A stretch of 64,000 nucleotides of DNA, from positions 1,364,001 to 1,428,000 of the forward strand of contig NC_134028.1 of the NCBI RefSeq assembly GCF_964204645.1, in the 5' to 3' direction. The translations under genes and the position numbers were made by a program. The stretch comes from Tubulanus polymorphus (Eukaryota; Animalia; Nemertea). Every line of letters starts with the position of its first letter. Position 1 is the stretch's first letter. A model generated the notes under the pieces. That model saw only the letters and a list, made by a program, of their open reading frames with translations, was not told the origin of the DNA and made no database searches. Shown in pieces: positions 13,144-64,000 of the stretch.

Positions 13144-15357
13144 ATGGCTTCGAAAATCGCACGAATCTTCTGTGTATTGTCTATTATTTTGTGTTGGAGT
13201 ATTTTCGTCGAATGTCAAAATCGTAAGTGTCATATCGAAGTTTAGTATATATTTCTTTTAAGTGCTTAATTTTTTTCACTTTTTCTTGTCAATTTCGTAG
13301 GTACTTTCTCATTCGAAGAAGCTTGTACAGAGGCGATAATGACACGCGCTAGGAACAAACAGGCCAGACCTATCGCTAACTCGTCAGATTACTTACACCT
13401 CAACACCACCATGTCCGCCATGAACCTTCTTAAAGTGGTATATATCCCTGAATAACTGAATTATTTGTTTCAATAGACGATATCGATAATGATGATTTAT
13501 TAACTTATAATATGTACAACATTATAAACATAATTTTTCAATTTCATGGATATATAGGGACTTGACAACCCCAATCCAGTAGGGGCTGTGCCTGATAGGG
13601 GGATTGCCGTGTTAAAAAAAGGAATTAATAAACTTAAGATAAGATAATAATAATGCTAAGAATGATAACAATGATAATTAAAGGCAAAGCTAATAATAAT
13701 GATAACGATGTTTATTTTTACCTGTTTATTCTCAGGACAATCAGCAACAGACGATTAAACTGGCAGGATACCTCAGTATGGTGAGTATAATTTGGGATAA
13801 CAAAAAAGTTAGAAGTTGATACCATTCGTTAAGATATCGTGAAACATCCACACGTTTTTTAATATTTTGTGATAGGCTTGGAAAGATGACAGCGTTGTGT
13901 GGGATCCAAAAGACTTTGGAGGCATAACGACAATTCTTCTAACATCCGCAGATCTATGGTTGCCCGATTTGTACAATACGAACAGGTAGGACTCTCTTGT
14001 TTGGTGAGTCTCGGGAAACCGAGATCCGAACGATGTCAAGCAAGATAAACAAAATATAAACAGGCAAAAACTGGATTCATCTTCTACCTATTGTAATCCC
14101 ACAGAACCGCTAACACGTAACAATAACGTGAAATTTTGTTTTTTGTTATTTCAGCGTGACTGGTAAAATGGACCAATCGAAAGGAAGCCCTCATCGTTTG
14201 CAAGTCAGTAATGATGGTACTGTAAGATGGTGGCCTGTTGATCTGTTTGAAGTCAGTTGTCAGTTAGACATGAAATTCTTTCCGTTCGATGTACAAACTT
14301 GCGAATTCGAATTTGAAAGTTGGTCGTACAGTTACGACCAATTAAGATTCATCAGTCCTTCCGACAAAGTTAGTCTTCTGAACCTGAAACCCAGTGGAGA
14401 ATGGCGAGTGACGGGAACCAAAGCGAAGGCTGCTATCAAATATTATTCGGCATCTTTTAAATGGAGCGAAATGGTTTTCACTTTGAAAATAGCCAGAAAG
14501 TCGGCTTACTACGTCACGAACATAATATTACCGCTGGTAGCGATGTCATTTCTGGTTTTAATGGTATTCTATCTACCGGCTGAATCTGGAGAGAAGATCT
14601 CACTGGGAATTACTGTTCTGTTGGCATTCTCAGTGTTCCAACTGTTGATGGCTGATCTGATGCCGAAGACGTCCAATGTCACGCCCATATTAGGTGCGAA
14701 AAATAGATACGTTTTTATTTCTTTTACCGGCACGAGCTAATTTTTGAATTTCGAATATAGGAGGAAATTTCCCAAGGTATAAAAGTTGGATATATTTTCT
14801 ATATTTTGCTTATGTTATATATTTCAGTGATTTACGTCACGCTACTGATGGCTATGGCAATTATATCTACAATAGTGTCTGTACTAGTGCTTAACGTGCA
14901 CCATCAACACGACGAAGGTTCAGCCGTCCCGAACTGGGCTCGTAATATCGTCTTTAGATGTATGGCACCGATTGTTTGCGCCAAAAAACTGGTGAAGCCG
15001 TTCGTGCAAGGTTCGCTGCACACCACGAGAATCACTCCGCAGACGGACATTCTGAGAAACAACGGCGCCAACAATCATCCGAACAACAATAAAACGGTCA
15101 ACGATAAAACCGATTTGAAATTGGAAGATGTGGAAAACCTGAACGATATGAAGTATGATTTAGCGATGCGGAAACTGTCGGTATTTCTCGGTGATAAACA
15201 CGGCGGGATTCGAGCTCGCAGCGAGCTAGAACTCAAAGCTATTGAATGGCGATTAATGTCTCGGATTATGGACCGTTTTTTCATGTTTGTTTATTTCATT
15301 TTGAACATCATAATAGCTGCCGGCTGCCTCACAGCAGCTACAAGCTCACCACAATGA
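13144..15357 (+). CDS. Nicotinic acetylcholine receptor-like Cys-loop ligand-gated ion channel subunit (non-alpha, divergent), copy 1, ~479 aa
   Basis: Exons 13144-13222 (signal peptide MASKIARIFCVLSIILCWSIFVEC), 13301-13437, 13736-13780, 13876-13985 (WKDDSVVWDPKDFGGI...WLPD), 14155-14693 (Cys loop CQLDMKFFPFDVQTC, M1, GEKISLGITVLLAFSVF), 14828-15357 (M3, EWRLMSRIMDRFF, M4). The 45- and 110-nt exons are typical of nAChR genes; phases consistent. Confidence 0.93.
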
Positions 15358-16208
15358 AATGTGTCAACCGTGGCTCTTTCTTTTTAATTAACAACCGGTT
15401 GTTGTATCTTCATTTATTTGGACGTCTGTAGGCTTCATGTGTGTTCAATGTATAGATATTTCATTGAGAAAACGAATTGACCACTAACGCCCTGACGATG
15501 TTAGACATGTTATAACAGCCCACCTCCTTCAAAAACTAATCATTGAAACTGACAATTGTGAACGTCTGAAAGGGTCTAGTCTTGATCTAAAAAAGTCTTT
15601 ATAGCGAACGTAATGAAAGAAAATTGATGTTTTAGGTTGCGTGTTTTAGCCTGTTGTAGGCCTATGCGCAGACGTGTGTTGTGTTAAACTTTGCTTATGT
15701 AATACTTTATGATAATACATCTCTGTACAACCAGTCCTGAAATAAATATATACATATACACGGTGATATAAAATGACTCTTTTGAGTTTCTTTATTATCT
15801 GTGGTGATAAATGGAATCGGACGCATTTTGATCGAGAAGTCATTAGAACCCTCGTGATTTCTCTCAACAGCTCTAATCGTTGACTCTGTCACTAGCTCGC
15901 GTGTTTTCTATTGAAATGCCCCTGCACGGGTCCCATTAGATCTGTCACGCCTATGATGAGTATTTGTTGAACAAAAAGTGTGTATTCTATGCGAAATAGT
16001 CATTTAGATACAGAAAATACACGAAAAACCATAAAACCATTTGAATGGCTGTATTGTATCGGTATTACAAACCGATCTGTGCATATTAGTTTTGTCAGTA
16101 TTTGTATTCAATTAGTTTCCTCGGGTGTGATGGATATGATGCCGTAATTTACATCAGTAACACACATTTTTTTATGTTTCACACGAGGATTCACGATTCA
16201 ACATTAAA

Positions 16209-18696
16209 ATGACCGAACGGGAAAATAAACACGGCAAATTCTCGTCCGTTCCGGGTCAACTTGGACCGCGTTGGCTACCAATGACTTTGATTCTGTTGCA
16301 GTGTGTTTCAGATGTCACCGAGGCGAGTCGTAAGTTCTCTAAATGTCTCTTGTTCTATCTTATCATATTACAAAAAAAAACGAATTGGCGTCATTAAACG
16401 TATTTCATATACACAAAAAAGACTAGTCTTTATGAATTTTTGATATACGCGATATTGACTCTATATCTATCTCTCTTAGCATTCAGAGAACATCTCTAGA
16501 CATTTGTTCAAGCATGGCAGTATAAACTACGACTAAACTCTTTATTACTTCATACGTCAGTTCAAGTCACCACCTGTTTTTTTTTTCGGAAAGCACCTCC
16601 GACACTATTGTTCCATCCCACTATTTTCGAGGTGTTAATGCAAATTCATAATCGCATCGCTATTTCAGGTAGTCATGTATCTGCTGAAGAGGCGTGTATT
16701 GATAAAGTGTTGTCTCGGCCTCGGAATACACAAGCTAGACCGGTCACTAACTCCTCGGAATACATACATATCAATATCAGTATGGGCGTGACGAATCTGA
16801 TCCGTGTGGTAGGCCAATCTCACTACTTGAATATGACGTGTCATATTGACCGTCAGGCACAAGTGGCTGACCGAAGTTAAAAGTCGCACTTGACGGCCAT
16901 TTTGAATAATAATTCTTTCAAAATCAGAAATGTCTGTAATCTTCAGTTTCTTTGTAGGAAAACGAAAAACAGTCGATTACAGTAGCTGGTTATTTATCTA
17001 TTGTGAGTAAAATCTAATGAATGTTTATTATCAGATATTTGGAAATTTGTCCTTATTTCGCCTATCATGTAGAGTTAGGTTGGAAGGAATGACGAAGCAA
17101 GCGATAGCTCAGTTAGTTTAGATCTCATTTATAAACAAACGTATTTCAATTCTATTTGGTAAGCTGTTTGTGATTTCTGATTTCTAGAGATGGAGAGACG
17201 ATAGTATTGGATGGACAGATCAAGAATGCGACGGTGTTTCTCGATTGGGAATAAAGTCGAAATATCTATGGATACCAGATATCTTCAGCATGAATAGGTA
17301 AGTAACATGTAGTAGAAATATCTGTGAAATTGAATCAAAAAATTGAGGCAGGTTTCGATTGGTCTCATGATCCAGTTAACCTGGTAGAAGCGGCCGGTAG
17401 AGAGTTTCTAATCGGGAATGCGTTCAATCGAAACTCAATAAGAATTCAAGTCATCTCCTTGGTGTCGTTTTCTTTTAAACAGCAACACTGGTGTAAATGA
17501 TTTATCACGAGATATTGAATACAATCTGGTTGTAACAAGTGACGGTACCGTGCAGTGGTGGCCCATCGCTCTCTACCAAGTCAGCTGTCAACTGGACATG
17601 ACATACTTCCCATTCGATAAACAATACTGCGAATTTGAGTTCGAATCCGGTTCGTACAGTTACAGGGAATTAAGGCTGACCTCTATGTCCGACACGATAG
17701 ACATCGCGCGATTGAAGCCGAGTGGAGAATGGTCGCTACTGAGTACGTCTGCTCATGCGGCCGTGAAAACATACGGCGAAAATAACAACAATTGGAGTTA
17801 CGTCATATTCAACGTGAAAATCGCCCGTAAACCGTTATATTACATTCTAAACATAATCGTACCTTTGATTTTATTATCGCTATTGGTTCTAATGATATTT
17901 TACCTGCCGCCCGAATCAGGGGAGAAGATATCGTTAGGAATGACGTCATTGGTTGCATTTTCCGTGTTCCAACTGTTGATAGTGAATATCATGCCGAAAT
18001 CCTCCGATCAAACTCCGATATTAGGTCAGTTCTGAGAATTGATATCTGATATCATCTAATTCAAACCCCTGTTTCGTTCTCGGCATGTGTGGTGGGTGTA
18101 TATAAGAAATGCAAAACTCAAGTTAATCAAAGAATTAAGGAAAATTTTTAAGATAAGAAAAAACAACAACCACGAATGATAATTTACAAATCAACGAATA
18201 TTTTTTCTATTTTTCAGTTATCTATGTTACATTTCTCACGTTGATGACAATATTGTCAATAATATTGGCTGTGGTTGCATTGAACGTTCACCAACAGCAC
18301 GACGTAGGAACCGCGGCCGGAAGTGTCCCCGAATGCGTGCGAAATGTCTTCTTCGAATTTCTCGCGCCAATCGTCTGCGGTCGACAACTCGTCCAGACTC
18401 TCAACTATAAAGAAAACAGAAAACTATCAGGCGATACTGAAGACGAAAGATTTAGTGAAATTGAAATGGAATCGATCAGTCGTAAAAATGAGGGTAATCA
18501 GAATGGCATAGATGCGCTGACAAACACTCAGCAGCCGTCACGCACGCAGGATAATGTCTCAAGCCAAACATTTACCGCGACGGCCAATGAATGGAGAGTT
18601 CTTTCTAGAATTATGGATAGAATTTTTCTGTTGTTTTACACCTTTCTAAATCTAGCGGTAGTGGTTGGCTGTCTTGCAGCAATAGTTCACCAATAG
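16209..18696 (+). CDS. Nicotinic acetylcholine receptor-like Cys-loop ligand-gated ion channel subunit (non-alpha, divergent), copy 2, ~478 aa
   Basis: Exons 16209-16329, 16669-16808, 16958-17002, 17188-17297, 17483-18024 (CQLDMTYFPFDKQYC; GEKISLGMTSLVAFSVF), 18218-18696 (EWRVLSRIMDRIF). Same six-exon structure and phases as copy 1. Confidence 0.92.
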
Positions 18697-19473
18697 AAAT
18701 AGAAAATAGTCTGACGTACTTTTTAACGAGGAAGCAATGTTGAGACAATTGTTCGTCCGCACTGCGGCGCCCTCACTCTTTCGCAGCTAACTGTAAAATA
18801 TATGAATTAATGAGAAAATCTTGCAAATATTGATTTAAATGATACCATTGGAGAATCTTATTGAAATTAATCATGCAAAAATTACGTTGGGAAATAAACT
18901 TATTTCCAAGTTAAACGTTTTGTAAGAGTTTTTAAATGAATTTCGTTGCCGCGCATCGGGACTAACTCAACTCTTTAAAAGCGCATTGGAAAAGAGACCG
19001 ATATTGTTTCTTGTGGCCCTACACAGTTTCAAAACGCTTACTGGGAAATTGATGTCGAATTTCTAATGTTATATCCGAGTATAATTACTTTTGTGAATAA
19101 AGATTATTATTACTAGTAAAATTGATGGCGGTTTGTTTGTAGTTCGGCCAGTTAGAATATAATGCAAAGAACATAGAGCTTCTTTTTCTTTTAGCATATA
19201 TACATAAAATCTGTAGAAGCCACTCAAAAATAAATATTTGCAAAGTCTTCAATATCAAGTTACCAGGAAAGAGTACACAAGCAATCAGCCCTCAGTTTGA
19301 TAATGATTGTACCGAGTTGCCGTTGTTGGCCCGCAAAGCCGTATAAATTGCATCTCTTACCGTACAATGGCGCTATCAGTGGCAATTCAACGAACTATCC
19401 AGATACCGGAGAATCTCGCAACATCCGCGAATAGACGAGATAATCGACGAGCATCATTTTGACGGATTTCAAG

Positions 19474-63232
<43,759 letters not shown>

Positions 63233-64000
63233 GTATGAATTCTAACTACATTCTATCTCTTTGTTTCTCTGTGTGTATTTTCTGTATCTGTTTGTCATGG
63301 TGAAAGTCGTCATACTGCTGCTGGTAACTCACAAACTCTCAGAATGTATAGTTCCATGGACGCCGGTTAAAACACTTCAACAACACTTAGCAGTAATTTT
63401 GTTAGCAATTTTCACTCTGTTAACCGTTACGAACTACTACTAAACCCTTCGAAAGGACGTTACATTGTTGAGAGTTTATTAGATGTTTTAGTCTTGTGAC
63501 TTGTGAGATTCTGCTCATAAAATGATATTCTGTATAAGCTGCGATCACTGAGCAATTTCAAACGCATTCGATCGGACAGTTAATAACTAGATCAAAATGC
63601 TATTTACGTCACTGACATATTGCGACATTACGGTGATATTTGGAATGAGTTTTGATCTGTACTGAAATTGATGTTAGACGCATCAATTATATTAAATCAA
63701 TGCGTGATCGCAACTTAATGATGATAATTTCATAAAGGGTTTTATTCATATCTGTCGACTTTCATCGCTTAATTCACTATCTGGCTGTCATCAATGCGAT
63801 ATTAATAAACTGATGGCGCTGTAATTTAAGTGATGTTGACAGATATGAATAATCGAGTATAACAGGTATAGATGTATGTATGTATGTCTGGTGGATATGA
63901 GTGTGTTTTTCATTTTCTCTTTAATCAGGAGGTCGTTGACGCTGTAACAGCACCACGTACATCGCAGTCCTTATAAAACCGAAGCGAAGGTCGATGACCT

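Overview
Eukaryotic, AT-rich animal genomic DNA with GT-AG introns; gene content suggests a spiralian invertebrate (inference). Left 19 kb is compact: a minus-strand muscle Z-disc-type gene (N-terminal PDZ plus calsarcin/synaptopodin-2-like motifs, 6 coding exons, 2836-11832), a tRNA-Gly(TCC), and two tandem, divergent non-alpha nicotinic-receptor-like Cys-loop channel genes with degenerate acetylcholine-site residues. The remaining 44.5 kb is one CaMKII gene (ATG 19474, running past the window end before the hub domain), with introns full of minisatellites, CAG/CTG tracts and MITEs. Most notable: (1) duplicated, mutually exclusive kinase-domain exons 6a/6b separated by an intron that folds with many G-U pairs and holds one segment able to pair either over the 6a donor or with a downstream partner, a candidate RNA splicing switch; (2) a candidate internal first exon in intron 11 giving a kinase-less, possibly lipid-anchored hub isoform analogous to alphaKAP; (3) linker micro- and cassette exons. 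All exon models were read by hand from splice sites and reading-frame phase; there is no transcript evidence, and all RNA pairings were found by eye, not computed.
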